The notes under the pieces: model-generated
What the model saw: the letters and a program-made list of their open reading frames with translations, nothing else
What the model was told of the DNA's origin: nothing
The model's database searches: none
Position numbers and translations under genes: made by a program
Origin: Marsupella aquatica
Taxonomy: Eukaryota > Plantae > Marchantiophyta
DNA length: 64,000 bases
Direction: 5' to 3'
Assembly: GCA_973895155.1 (NCBI GenBank)
Contig: OZ316894.1
Location: 13,370,828 to 13,434,827 of the forward strand
Shown: positions 1 to 25,719 of the stretch, one piece after another
How positions within the stretch are numbered: position 1 is the first letter of the stretch
How the letters are laid out: the number at the start of each line of letters is the position of its first letter

Positions 1-135
1 AAAAAGAAGGTCAACTCCGCAAATTTCAGATGCTACGCATTCAGATTCCATAGCTAAAGCGTTCTTCATGTGAGTAGATCAGGCACTAGTCTCTTCAAAT
101 TTTCTAACCCGCGTTCAAAGTTGAGACCTTCATAC

Positions 136-809
136 CGACATAAACGAAGTCCTGTAAAAATGGGAACACAAAGATGATTGATGGAAAATCAATCTGAGGA
201 AGAATATGTCACTGTGCTCAGTTGGTGGCCAGACGGAGCCCCCAAAAAACATGTGCCGTATCCTCGAGGCCATAGACAAAGTCGGTGGCCAAAGAAGAGT
301 ATGTTGGTCTAGTCCCAGTCTACTTGCATTAGTCATTTCCCTCAGGAGGACCTTCCTTATGAAAACTCCGAGTAAAACCTGGAAGATAAAGTAGATGCAA
401 AAGAAATCAATTAAACTGGGAGAATAAATCTTGTGTCATGCCATGTAAAACGGATAGGCTCAGTTAACTCGTGCTTCGAGTGCACTCAACCTGAAGCGTC
501 GTGGTATAAAATTTTGAATGAAGTCTGCAAAGGTTACAGGATCCCAATTTCTTGAAGATAATCCCATAGCTATTGCCTTGGACTTTAGACAAAAATCTTT
601 GCTGAAATTCACTGTAGAGGACTCAATTTGGAGGCATCCACTGCAAGTACTTGGAGCCTGAGCCTGAGCTGTTTTGACGAGCTCAGTACGTTCAGTTCCA
701 ATCGACGAGCCACAATTCAAGGTCAAATCTTCTGTGGCTACGTCATCAAATGACTCTGCTTGCTCATTCTGCGTTTGGGCACTAAACTCGCCAGGACATC
801 CCCATTTCC
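136..809 (-). CDS. Two putative exons (809-469, 378-136) of an unidentified gene continuing beyond the left edge
   Basis: Both segments are open frames bounded by tgcag/ttccag acceptors and GT donors and join in phase 0. No recognisable domain. Confidence 0.3.
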
Positions 810-3490
810 CTGCATTGAATCACTCATCTGCAAGACGTAACAATAAGAATTTGTTTTGCCCATCATGACGAACAATGTCAGATGCCGAGAAACGGCAGGA
901 GAATCGCAGCAATAAGCCTATCTTCATACAAACTAGCCTCTCTGAATTTTAATCCAAAGAAATCTGTCGAATCTAAGACTGCCTAAAAACTCCGCATTAC
1001 GCGTCCCGCTGGGCGTTTATATTAAGGTTCAGACGCAGATGGACGGGCCTCGGTCAGACAAGCAGACCTATATGCTTCCAAAACTTCTTTCTCTAGGCTT
1101 CAGTAACGTTTCGATTCCAGTTCACTTGGCTTGCACTCTTTAGCAAAACCATTTTCACAAGCTGATCATTCTGGCAGTTTTTCTAGCGAGGAGGTGCTGC
1201 TATGTCTTGAGCCAGGTCTCCTTTGATAACTCGAAACGATGAGGCCTTCTTTGAGTCAGCCCTTCTTGCAGTAGCAAACGTTGGTTTGCCCACTCCTTGC
1301 AAGGTAACCAGGTAATGACGCTTGCTGAGGAGCCACGTGATCAAGAAAATGTTTAGTCTACCTCAGGAGCAAGCTCCGGCCCAAAAAGGGCTTTAGCAAG
1401 AGTGAGACAGCCAAATGTCAGTCCCATAAGCAAGAGGGAACCCATTCAGGCACGAGGTCAAGATGAGAGCACAACCTAACGGCAATGGCAGAGAATCTAC
1501 CTGAGGCCACTTCACAACGCTCCAGTGTATGCTGAAGAAAGGTAATGAATTTCCAGCACTGACATTTTCCAGCACTGAAATTTCGCAGGAACTTGCCCAG
1601 AACCAGCGCAAGAGTATCAGATACAGTGCTGCCATGCTGTATTGAAACATTTCTGTAACCAGAACTTTTATGGCCTCTCCAAGCTGGAGGATATTGACCA
1701 TTGCTAAGGGGCTCACATTTCGTTCACACTAGGAATTTGAACCGTCTGCCTGGCCTGCAAGATGTGGATTTCGGGGGAGTAGCAAGAGTTCCATTTGTTC
1801 TCAAATATTTCTTTGTAAATTTCAAATAGCTCTAGCCTGGGATAGCGCCGTTTATCTGCGCTCAGTGGAGATCTTTGTCACAACGTACTCTAATCCCAAG
1901 TGTAACTGGTGACACTATCAATGTCTTCCTTACCGAATTTCCTTTTGCCTCTGGAGTCCATAATCCAAGGATTTTGTGGCCGCGAACCTTGAACCCTGAA
2001 CCCAATTTAATTGAAATTTCTTGAAAGATAAATTATGGAACTCAATCCTGCAGTTTAAATTCACGAGCAGAGTGCCAAATTGAAGGTACAGCAAACCATG
2101 TTTTAAATACACCCTAAGTTGCACTAGAACAACTTCTACCTATCCACACATCCCCAAGCAGGCAAGAATGTGCAAAACTTTCATATATTAGTCCTTGCCA
2201 ACATCGAGTCAAGCCCCAAAACATTCGATGTATGCCTATTTCCACCACTACCATCAATGCAATCCGTGTCCTTAGCAGAGTCGAAGCGAAACAGTCAATG
2301 AGGTAGAGTACACAGCTAAGCGCATAGCATGAGTATTATTGGAGGACAGCCCTGGCTGACTTTAAACATGTTCAAATCTAGTCATGTTCATACTAATAAT
2401 GAAGAGCTCAACGGGTCCAGTTGAGCAGAAGCTTACAGCACGGGGACATGTGGGGAGTGACACAGAGGAGGAAGTTGTAGCTTTGTGATGTAAATGGAAA
2501 GGAAAATAAATGAAATTTAGATGTGTGGTGAAACCAAAAAAGGGCCACGGGAGTCGGTGATAGTGTACGGCTGTAGGTCAGAGTGAATAAATCAGAGAAA
2601 ATATATTTGCAATCATTCTGACTGCCAACCCACACCATTGCAAGATCAGAGAAACTGGAATGGCTCTTGCCGATCCTTATCCTTTGACTTGAAGCGTAGA
2701 AAAGCACACCCACAAGAGGTGGGTACCGCATCTACGAGACTAACTAGACAGCAATTCTATGTCTCTACTATCACGAGATGTCAATAACCCGACCAACAGA
2801 TCTCTAATCTATGTTGAACACAACTGCGTCTAAGTTGCAAAATAGGCTTACAGGAAGTAAGTGCTAAGAGGCACTGCTACATTCAGATAACAATGCCTTT
2901 CATCAGAAAGCTATGTAAAAGGAGCATGAAGAATGAATAAAAGTAGGAACGAATAAATATGGGGACCCACTGATGGGGTCATGGGGCCACTGATCAAACA
3001 AACATTTCCCTGAATCAGGAGTACACACTACAGAGGTGGAACCAAAATTTAACAATAACCAGAAATTGAGTCTAATTTCCCGGTCTAGCAACTCTGACCT
3101 ACATGCGACAGAAGCATGCATTGCAGGAGTTTTACCCCTAACATACTTGTCCTTACGAACTCAATTGGGTCGCAGGACCAACACGAATTAATTGAAGGAT
3201 AGAGATTTTCAAGTCTAATGGAACGTCACTTGGGGCAAGAATTCTAAAGTACAGAGCAACAGGTCAGACACAGAAAATTTTCGCAACCAAACCCCCCAAA
3301 ACAGGAGACTCTATCCATACCTCCAATGCTAGTTCCTGGTTTTTTAGCGGGTTTGTTCCCATTTTGGTGATTGCAGGGATCAAGTTGATCTCGCAAGGTA
3401 AGTCTTTCAGTCTTCCAGCAGCTAGGGAGAGAATTGAATGCTTCTCAGAACGACTATGAATGAGTTAATGCGGATTGAGAGAGAACGCAC

Positions 3491-15327
<11,837 letters not shown>

Positions 15328-17908
15328 CGTTTCGCCTTCCTTCAACCTACAGAGATCACACAGGTTAAACCAGAATGTAACCCTGTGATGAAAGTTCACG
15401 AATCACAAACTTTGACGTTACTGTTGCACTTCTCATACATCAGAAACAGTCTTCAGAAAGTGTAACAAAGAGAACCACAAGAAGCGAGGGGATTTGCATG
15501 TGAAAGTCGCTAATGCCCGAAGAGAACAACAGGGAGAACCACACACAGCGTATCGAGCTGACGCCAATTGTGAGTTCATCTAACGAGGCTCATGCCACCT
15601 TGTAGAGACAGTTGCAACATTAAAACATCAGGCATTCCTCGAGAACTCAACATTGTATGCCTAGCTGCAACATCTCGTCCCACTGAAGTGATTGACCATC
15701 AAACATTTATTATCAATGTCGCCTACAAACCTCCCTATACGAATAAAACTAAACGAGAAGATAAACGTCGATTACCTTTGCTCACCAAGCTCGTGGATGC
15801 ACAATAGTCGATGGTAACACAATTCAAAGCGGCCAAGATCAAGCTACACGATTCCCCCGTGAGCTCGCCCTGTCGCATTGTCCTATTTTGCTGGAGGGGC
15901 TCTCGAAGGATGTCCACCGGACAAACTAGGAAAATCGTCCACGCTCGTCACATGTGGAGTTTATCCAAAGGAACTCCGGCCACTGCACAAAAGTCACAAT
16001 TTCGCTCAGCAACTCAAAACAAATCTCAAACATGATATACTCAATCGCAATGGCAACGGAGCACGAGCAAAGCATTGTATTCGCGATCTCCTTATCTCGG
16101 CTTAGCCAGGAATTTTCTACAACCATCCCATAGCCCTTCCGAAGGAGGTCACGATCATGTATCGAGTGGCCCCTAACACAACGGAAGGTTCCTTCCAACA
16201 TTATTGTTGACCAACAGAAGTTTCCTCGCTATGCGTCAAGAAAACGCACGGACCCGAACAACATCGCTACCTTAACATGAGTACAGACAGGGCCACACAG
16301 GACTGTACAATAGGCTGGCTCGCTCTACAAAGAAACTCTTGTATGTCGAACAAGTCAGCATAACATTGAAGATGTAACCAGCTCGGAAAAGAACCTAGAA
16401 CTCGGGAAAAATTCAATACTACAATGTTATCAAAGCTAGATTACCCATGCTCGAGGGAACCACTTCTGTGCTGCACGTCAGGTAGTCAACCGAAGGAAAC
16501 AAAAAGACAGAAATTCTGTAGCAATGCAGCAGATCAAGTATGCGCTCACTATGCAATACAAATAACGAAAAGAACCTGAGAAATGCTAATTCGTGGACGC
16601 AGCGTATGTAGCAATCACAACTACAGTTCAAAAAGCAAATTCTGAATTCTGAAGTAATAGACTAAATTCAACACCACCGTCGTAAATCAAGACAAGCGCC
16701 ACAGCATCTGGATATCCGACTCCGTTTGAGTATCGATGTACCAAAGCTACACCTTACAGCAGCATTTGGTGATGCGAGGCTAGCGCAAGGCAATTCCGCG
16801 TCTGTAATTGCGGAACGGAAAATACAGGAAGGAACAGCACTCAGCTGCTCGAGCCAATTTGCGACCGAAACAACGACGCATTTTTTCTCTGCTACTAACA
16901 GTATAACCAATCAACCCTGTACCTCAGATTAACACTCCACCAACGCTAAAAGCTCCAAGTCACAGTCGAAGTTGGCGAACAGACCAATTTCGTAGAGAAC
17001 TGCTTATACTCAGTACTGAGGACAGGTCCCGGCTCTGAAGAAACATGATAGGTGAAAAGGGGGAAGGGAGTAAGCCAATCCGTTCTGTTCTCGATGACGC
17101 AAACGTGATTCACGATTCCGTCGGATGTTTGACGATCGACACCCAAACTTCTCGCATGCCAACCAATCTTGCTACAGAAGGACCAATCGCCCGATGAAAC
17201 TCGAGCAGTATATTTCAATCTCAGTCACTTAGCCAAGGCAGGAGTTTAGAGCACCACCTACCCAGTAATGATCGTGCCCGAAAGTTTAGTTGATTCCGTA
17301 ACTATCGACCAAAAACCGACAACACCTCAATTCACCAACAATCTCTTCTCTCCAGTTCTGTCCTGTGCACAACAGCGAAGCCCGTGTCCAAAACGAAAAG
17401 CGAAACTTGAGGAGTAACGAGACTCGTTTCCAATCCTTCCTCTGCGCCAATGCTACGGACCACGGAAGAAGGGTGGGCGTCAGAGGTACGAAACAATCCG
17501 AGAAAACATCACCAGAAGTCTACCCTTGCCAACGTCCAAGGGTAGCAAATCGAATAATGTAGTGATAAAAACTCTTTCAAATATCAACCGGGTCCCAAGG
17601 GAAATGAAAATGACCAGGCACACTAAGCGTGCTTGCTGCGTCTGCTGTGATTAGGAAGGTAGTAGTAGCCGACGCGCCCATCCGACTGCCAGGGGGTGAA
17701 AGCAGCATTCCGTAGTTGCAGAGCGTGTGGATGTAAGGAGTAGTGATGACGAGGGGAGGTACAGGGACTTCTGATGGGGTGGGTACGCAGCTAGCCAACC
17801 CGCCAATGGATATAAGCAGAAGAAGTAGATAAGTAAATTGTACCGACTGTGTCTCGGTCGTGCATTGGAGGGAATGCGGGTCCCACACCCCCACTTTTTC
17901 TTCCCGGC

Positions 17909-17956
17909 CACGTGAGGCAACGTCCGCTCGCGTGGCCCTGCCTGCGAATTTCCCGC
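17909..17956. promoter_or_regulatory. Putative phototropin promoter elements: G-box CACGTG (17909-17914) and E2F-like TTTCCCGC (17949-17956)
   Basis: Motif matches in a GC-rich patch upstream of the gene. The start-codon exon has an acceptor at 15347, so the 5' UTR is spliced and the TSS lies further upstream. Short motifs only. Confidence 0.3.
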
Positions 17957-18173
17957 AGCTCACTTGCCAAGAAATTTGACTGCGAAGTGAGAGCAATCGC
18001 GTACAGCAGGGCATCTTCCAGAAACATTGGGAAAACTACGGAGCACATGATCCCTAATTTCAGGTTCCAAACTCCATTGTTGAGTCTGGCCATATTCCTG
18101 TCCTATCCTCTATAGGGGGTCTCAAATATAGGGCCGCGGGTATTTTACTTTAGTGCGCAATAGATTTGGCCGG

Positions 18174-19005
18174 TGTCGTGGCGAAACATTTAGGCTCGGG
18201 AATGGCTTTTATAGAGGCTGATGGGCGAGGCGTCGCTGATCAGTCGCGGGTGTGCTGACTCGGAAAGGCTGCTTGGTTGGTTGGAGATAAGGCTTGATGT
18301 TTGGGTAACTCATCCTTGCCAGGCTTGAAATTTGGGTGAGCCCGGCAGGAAAGTTGGTTTCGGAAGCTATTTAAGGCTTGGGCTGCGGCTCATTGGGGTT
18401 CTGTTCTGTTGGTTCTGTTTTGTTCGGTTCTGTGTTGTTGGATCTGTTTGGCTGTTCAGCTGTCTGTTGGGCTATCTGTTGGTTCGGCTGTGAGTTTGGC
18501 CGATTGATGTTGCTGTTCCGTTGTTCTGTCACTCGTTGCTCGTTGCGAGTGATGGTTCATTGAGGTTGATCGAGGAGGTTTCGAGTCTAAGAGGTGATTC
18601 GGTTCGGTTTCGGTGTGAGCTTTGAGCTTTGAGTCTTGGGCCTTTGAGCGTCGAGTCTCGTTGGTCCAGGCCCGAGTTCCTTGTGAGCTAGATTGCGACT
18701 AGTCGAGTAGCTAGTCAATTTTGGAGTTTTGTGAGCTAAGGAGGAGGGTTTTTCCGTCAGTTTTGAGTAGACAGCCACTCGAGGGGTTGAGCTTGACAAG
18801 TTAGAGGTAGTCGCCCGCCGTAGGGTCAGATACCAGACTCTTGCAAGCAGGCTTACTTGAGGTCACCCATTGTAACCATTGAGAGAAAAGTAAAAATAAA
18901 TAAATGAGTAAGAGTTCGCTCCGAAAAGTGCTTGTCGCCTACCCCAATCGCAGCCAGAAACGCAAAGTTTACCCGAGGAGCCCCTAACTTCTAGTCCTCG
19001 CAACA
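18174..19005 (+). mobile_element. Solo LTR related to the Ty3/gypsy LTR at 45713-46526
   Basis: Termini TGTCGTG...CGCAACA. Colinear with 45713-46526 (e.g. gagtagctagtcaa, taccagactcttgc, cccaatcgcagccagaaacgc, ggagcccctaactt). Flanks CCGG / CTGG form a 4-bp TSD with one C>T change. Confidence 0.9.
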
Positions 19006-20040
19006 CTGGATGCGGGTAAAAAACATGCGGCAGTCCTATTGCTAGCCCGAACAGTCATTCTGCGGGATTGTACCACTTACCAAATATGGACGCTAGTGTC
19101 CCAACGGTCATACCCGACATCGCACTATGGAATGCGCCAAACATCCAACACCAACATCAAGGCCTTGAGCAGCCATCGCTCTTCAGCTGAGAAAAATGCC
19201 ATCACTAGTTACCTCTTCAACTGGGAAAAACTCCATAACTCTTTACCTCTTCAGCTGGTAAAGAGGGCCAAGCGGAGCCATCGGAACTGCCATTGCCATT
19301 GCAATTGCTTCAATTGTCTTGGCCTAGGGAAGCCATTCAGGAAATCAGAGGGCTGTCGTAGGCAACGTGAGCTTCAGGTTGCGCCTCAACTGTATTTCTT
19401 GGTGAGTTCTTGTTGCTCATTATAGTATGGAAAGAAGTCGTATGCCATATTTTGATGTTGGGCACCCTATATGGTTTCCCTGCCAGTTTACTTGGAGAGG
19501 CTCTTTGAGATATTCAGCAAGCCTAGCTTGGATTTTGGTTGTTGTAGAAGCTTCCTCTAGAGTGAACTTAACTTCATTGAGAGATTTTGCATCTTCATTG
19601 CTCAAATTTTGCTTCCTTAGCTCTTCCATGGCTCCAACAAAGCACAACAATGGTGCAAAGCCAAGCATTGACGTGCACTCTACACCAAACCCTCCTCTTG
19701 CCACTATAAAGCAGCCCAAACAAGAACAAGTCACTCTTCCACTGTCTTTGGAGTAGCCAAAAGCGGCAGTGCATTGTCCCACCCGGGCCATACCTGCCAA
19801 GAAGACCACCAGTAAGCGAACCGCAATGAAATAGTAGAGAGAACAGACAAAAGGCTAGGCCAAATATCTAGAGAGACTAAAGGAGGAGAGGAGAGTGCAT
19901 TATATGGCCGACCATCCCAATCACAAAACAATAATGATACTGATTGGGACTCTGATGGTATGATATGTAGACATACAATGATACTTTGCACAATTCTTCA
20001 GTAATTGTGGATTGATTTAATCGAGATGTATGTGGTCAAC

Positions 20041-20100
20041 TACACTACACTACACTACACTACACTACACTACACTACACTACACTACACTACACTACAC
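20041..20100. repeat. (TACAC)12 microsatellite
   Basis: Perfect pentanucleotide run. Confidence 0.98.
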
Positions 20101-21991
20101 CTCAGTTCAGTAGAAGTGGTGCATGAGGCCGGATTTCAAACATTGGTATTGTGATAGTACAGTGTTGCTATTTTGTCAAGGTTGTTTCACAATTTTGTGA
20201 ATCACAGTTGAAATGTGGCAATTTGATTCTCTAAATTGCATTTTTGCGTTTGCCAAACTGTGATAATGGGATCCAGGGACGGTTAATGATATGGTATGTT
20301 CAATCACCGTGAACCAGGATGAGACAAACAATTGGGTGAATTATCACTGAACATCATGCATAACACACCCCTGCCGGTAGTCAAACATCAAAATGTGGAA
20401 ATGCACTACGAGCATTCATTGATTTATTGAAAATTATAATGACTATCATTGTATGGAATGATAATAATAGTACACCTGACAATTTAGACACCAGGAAGGC
20501 ACACCGGAAATAATAGTACAACATGCTTTTGCCTTCCCAACTTGCTCTACCCTGCTGGTAATTACACATGAAAATGTGGATTAATAAAGTGGATTAACAT
20601 TGTAATCAATGAGCACCAACTTTTGGCAATAGCAGCACGAGAATGTGAGTGTAATGGATAACTTGGTGCGCATGATACATGATCGGCGTCCTCTTGGAGA
20701 AATGGCCACGGATGTTTGCCTTGCTATGAGAGAGTATGGGGCATAGCACACTCAATGCTGCTGGCAAAGTTTTCTGTGAGCTGCATGTTGTGAGACTGTA
20801 TTTTATGGGCGCTGTTAATATGCAAGGGATGCCTCATCGATGGCTTTCAGACTCGCCCATTGTATCACTACAATGTTGAGGCCCTGAGGTCCTAGGCAAC
20901 GTGAAGACCTTCCAATAGAGCAAGACCATATTGTCTCCTCTCCTACAAGGTCCTCCGCCTTGCCAAGTTTGTGCCAGGCCGGAGTGTACGCAAGGTGTTG
21001 CAACTCCACCAGCAGAGGTTAGAGTTGCCAAATTATTACGTATTCCTCCATGTTGCTCGGTGAGTGCCAAGATTCCTACTTCCCCTCATGAGAAACTCAT
21101 CCTTCAAGCCAATATGCAAGCGGTGGGACTGGAATTCCTCTTTAACCTACCGTGGGACATAACTACTACATGGATCCCTATTCACGGATTTCATTGCTAG
21201 ATCCCGGCCATGAACTCACCAATATCAGGGCAATGGACAAGTGATGTAATTTCAAAGGCTTATCAGGTAGTGCTGATGGGGCGCCAATGTGTGATGGAAA
21301 TAGTGAGTTCAAACCATTTGTTGAGACCCAATTCACATCAGGTTGGGCCCGACCTCCATGACAGGAAACAGGAAATAGTGATGATCATAACAGGAAAAAT
21401 AGTTGAACAAAACAGGAGACTTGGTACTATCATTCACAAAAAACGGCTTAATTTTGGACCAAACCAAAGAGGTCAAATTCAACATAAACTCAAAAAGATG
21501 GGGAAAATGACAATTATCGGAAGACGCCTTTACTAGCGCTTAGTCCTAACCAAGCGTTTGATACCGTTACAAAATATCATTAACAAAATACCCGCTCACC
21601 ATCTACCGGAATGATCAGAGGATAATGGTTTATAAGGCAAGAAAAGGTCATCCTTGAGAATGCATGCGAAAGAAATCCACACGTTCAGACCTAGAAACTA
21701 CAAACTGCAACCAAGTAAGAAAATGGAGTCTAGCGCCGGGCGCTAACAAAACTGAAGGCCAAGTGACGATTTAATACAAACAAATCTCCGTTACCCGTAC
21801 AATGAAATTTACACATCCGTAAAATTGTAAAAACAAATTAAGTTTTATGTGCAACCCACAAAAGATTGAGCCATGTTGAAAAGAAACCAAATGTTGTTTA
21901 CTAGCGCCGGGCGCTAACCAAAACAAAGTTACCGTTACGAAACGACAAGTCCTACATACCCGTTGAACGTAAACTAGAATACTAAGCCTTA

Positions 21992-24900
21992 CTATAAACC
22001 ATCAGCATTTTGCCTCCCTAGAATATAACGCAGTTCCGCAATGGTAAGAATTGGTTGGCTTGGGAGGATATTGTCCACAAGATCAAGCTTGCAGATAACT
22101 TTGTAAACCCAGTACAAGTGTTTACATGGCATGAAAGGTTTCCCTCGAGAATGTCGACGAAAGAAATCTTCACAAGAGCAACAAGGGAAAATGCAAATTT
22201 GCACCCAGTAAGTATTTGCAGTTCATAAATGTGCATTTGTGCGTATCTGGAATCGATTCCCGTATGAATTTCCCGATGAAACTTCCATAGTTTTGATCAA
22301 AGTCATTGTTTCTTTCGTTGCTGATTCAATCCTTTTATGATATTCCTGAGTGAGATTTGATCTAGAGCTCATCGCACGCCGTTTCTCATTCGAAAACGGA
22401 TGTTAACTTGTGCAAGATCGATCTTTTCAGGAAAAACATCAATGTTGATTCTCAGTTCAAATGGAGAAGGACAACGTGAAACAACACCTCCTCTCGAGAC
22501 TTCAATGCCCTGCTCTTGAAGGAAATTTAACTCCAGACTTGAAAGATGAGTGCCTTTCTATACTGGCAAAAAGTCTGGGCAAGTAGGGAGGCTCACAATA
22601 CCTCGACAAGGGCGGCTCTTCCAGCAATCACGAGTGGGGCAGAACCAGACAAGCTCTGGATGGTGTTCACCTCTGAATAAGTTGTAACCTTTGACGACTA
22701 TTCCGACAACCCCTGCATTTGAAGGATATCCGACCTTCTTAATTTGATTATGACACTCATCTCGATCACAACTTCCAGACAACGTCCCATTACACTGTGG
22801 TCCAGCACCGTGTCTGGAAACTCTCCGCAGATGCCAAGACCCGGGTACAACGTCCACTTCAAAAAGCAAAGTGTCTACAGGAATGAATGGAGTGGTGTTC
22901 GGAGCACTTTTTGGAACTTCGGAAGATTGAGTGACATGATGGGAAACTGGAGAGCCACTTTCAGACAAATCGATAATTGGATTCGAAGGAGGAGTTCTAA
23001 GTGTCGGAATGTGCTCAAACTCGGATGAGTTCAAATTCTCCTCTTGCAACCTCGGGTGTTTGGTGTAGTTATGAGAACTGTGTCATGTCGATGGGAGTCT
23101 TGTGGAGAGACGTTCCCGGTTGCCGGACCTTTTCTTTTCATAGACTTTGTCACAAAATCCCCATTCAACGGAGAATCCCTCTCCAAATTAAATTCTGCTG
23201 CATTTGCGAGTAACATATTAGAGGCTTCTTCGAAGAGTTTCGGGGACCCTGCCTGGTCAGCCGAACGAAAAGTCAATTCAAACACTGTTGGACCAGTACC
23301 CCGATGGAGCCCTTCACGATATGCTATATAGGCTGCTATTTGTGAGATTGCTCTGTTGTGATCGGTCTTACATCCTTCGAACAAACCAACTGTTTTCTTT
23401 CCCTGCCATGCTTTCATGATTCCATGAACAGCTTCAGAACCAGAGCAATTGGGAATCATGAAAAGAGTTTTGTCAAATTCAGTACAATATATCGAATAAA
23501 AAATAAAGCGGAACTTCAAAATGGGCGGACGAAAGGTATGAATGTTTTTCATTATGATTGTGAAGATTGAAGACGCTATCAAGCTATTCGTACGTTAGCG
23601 CCCGGCGCTGGCAAAAAACATGAGTAAAGAGCACAATTAGAAAAGGGAGATTAATACTAGCGCCTGGCGCTAGTATACATTGACTCACCAAACGTATGAA
23701 ATTTCCCCACTGACGCCACCTCACAACCCACCAAGCGATCCATCCTTGCAACATTCTAAGTTTCCCAGGAATACAATTTCCAGATCTCCACCATGAATCA
23801 ATCTCTCGTGAAACCCTGTAGGCTTCCACAAATGAAGCGGCATTGCGCAACTTGTCCCAAAGGATTCGATGTTCAGCACGTTTTTCTTCAAGTACTCCTT
23901 CGATAGAGTGCCGATGCAAAGACTGATAAAAGTGGAATGCATCCGATCGCTCTCTCTCCGGGTTTGGATGGCCGTCAAAGAAGACATTCCTAACCGCTAT
24001 CCATCCTGCCTGAGCATTATCCGCCATGAAACCATGGATTTCCACACCCTTTAAACCGTTCTCCAAAGCGACTTCGATCATCAACCTCCAAGCTTTCTCA
24101 AGCAATGCAGTGTCCTCTGCTTTGAGTTCACAAGTAAATATTGTGCACAAAGCTTGATAGTTATGGTCATACACATGTGCACTAAAAGTACTCCATTCTT
24201 TGGACATCCTTTTCATCACGTCAAAGCTCACCCATGCTCCTTCTAGAGGCCCCCCTTTCTTCATCTGACGCAGTAAATCTACTCCCGATCCATGACCTTT
24301 GATAGTCATTTTGAAAATATGTGCTCTATCACCTTTACAGCCCTGCCCAGGAAGAAGATATCTTTAGAGAAAAGGAAACGTAACATTCTTCTGCATGTGA
24401 ACCAGATATTCCAAATCACCTCGACCAACCTGATCTTTACGAACGCTCTTAAATAACGCAGAAAACTTCTGAGGCCTTGAAACGAGCATAAGTGATTTCC
24501 AGATTTCTGATTCTTCTAGCTTTGAAATGTCATCCACAGACTCACCTATGGCATCCATTAAAGATCCAATGATCTCATTTTTCAAAACGCACGGTGTAGA
24601 AGAAGGATACTTCTCATGCTGTCTCTGTATTTCTTCTATTGCTATTTTCTCAGCACTTCTAGACCAGACCTTCCGACATGGATGGTTGTGCACCCCCATA
24701 TGGATTGCAAGTCGTGACATGTGTTTTGTAGTGTCATTTTCAATCAAAACTTGCGGGTACATATAAAACATTTTTGCTGGACAAGACTCAACACAAAATG
24801 GAACTTGAAGGCAATAGCGACAAACAATTCCTCCAGCATCGATCAACCTCCCAGGACAATGCTGACCAGAGAGCTTGGGGGTCCCATCCCATCCATTACA

Positions 24901-25719
24901 GTTTCTGACTTGAGTCCTGGTGTAAAACTCACATGCTCTATTTCGGCATTCGAGAGAACCACTACAGCTTACTTTCCCAAACTCCCACGTCTTCTTCGGA
25001 ACAACATTAGCAGAAGTAGGAAAGATTCTAGTTCAGAGGTAGCAGTCCTTGGATCGATCCATGTTTCGCAGACGATCCCCTTTCGAGCCAACACCTTGAA
25101 CAAGTGGAAGCTCAAATATGGTATTCCCATTGTACTCTATAGGTAAGCATTCAACCTGTTTGTGAATGAATGCCTCGGACCTAACAAAGCGCGATAACTC
25201 ACTTTGTCCAGTTGACTTCAACAAGGCATCAAGTGCGCTTCTTCTGTACACAACCAGAACAGGACGAGTTAGAGTGTCTCCATCATCAGACCCCTCCGAC
25301 GCAATCAATACGGGGGGTACCTGGGGCGTCAACAAACTGGTACTGCCGCCCTCCTTCTTGACCTCATCGCCCTTTGAGATTGGTGGAGAACCCTCAGAGC
25401 ATTCAGCATCGGACGTAAGGTCAATCACATCGTGAGCCACCTGAGGCCTCTCCACCTTGACCTGAATGATGTCCCTTAGTTGAATGAAAATCAAGTACTC
25501 CACGCCATATTCGAGATTCCAAACAACGTCCTCCGCTTCAGTATCAAAATGAGCGGGCCCATCGTTCAAAGTTCTGACACTCTAAATATGTTTTCTCGTC
25601 ACCCCAAATCTTCCACACAGGTAATTATCACTAACACATTTCCTATTTTCGGAAATTGACACAGGGATCATCACAACGTCACCTGTGTTCGGACACATTA
25701 TTCGAATAATGCGAGACAT
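21992..25719 (-). pseudogene. MULE-like DDE transposase with N-terminal Cys/His region and C-terminal SWIM zinc finger, disrupted
   Basis: Colinear ORF pieces: C..C/HNHP region (VCRYC...HMGVHNHP), putative D1 WVSFDVMKR, D2 FMADNAQA, (C/D)xxH-like SDAFHF, putative E in SGSEAVH, and SWIM CSCEDF...PCKHLYWV. Several in-frame stops and frameshifts. Confidence 0.7.

Noticed and set aside
136-3490. Phototropin fused to the downstream exons at 136-809, or a neochrome-type chimera
   Set aside because: No in-frame exon chain links them, and there are no phytochrome domains upstream of LOV1.
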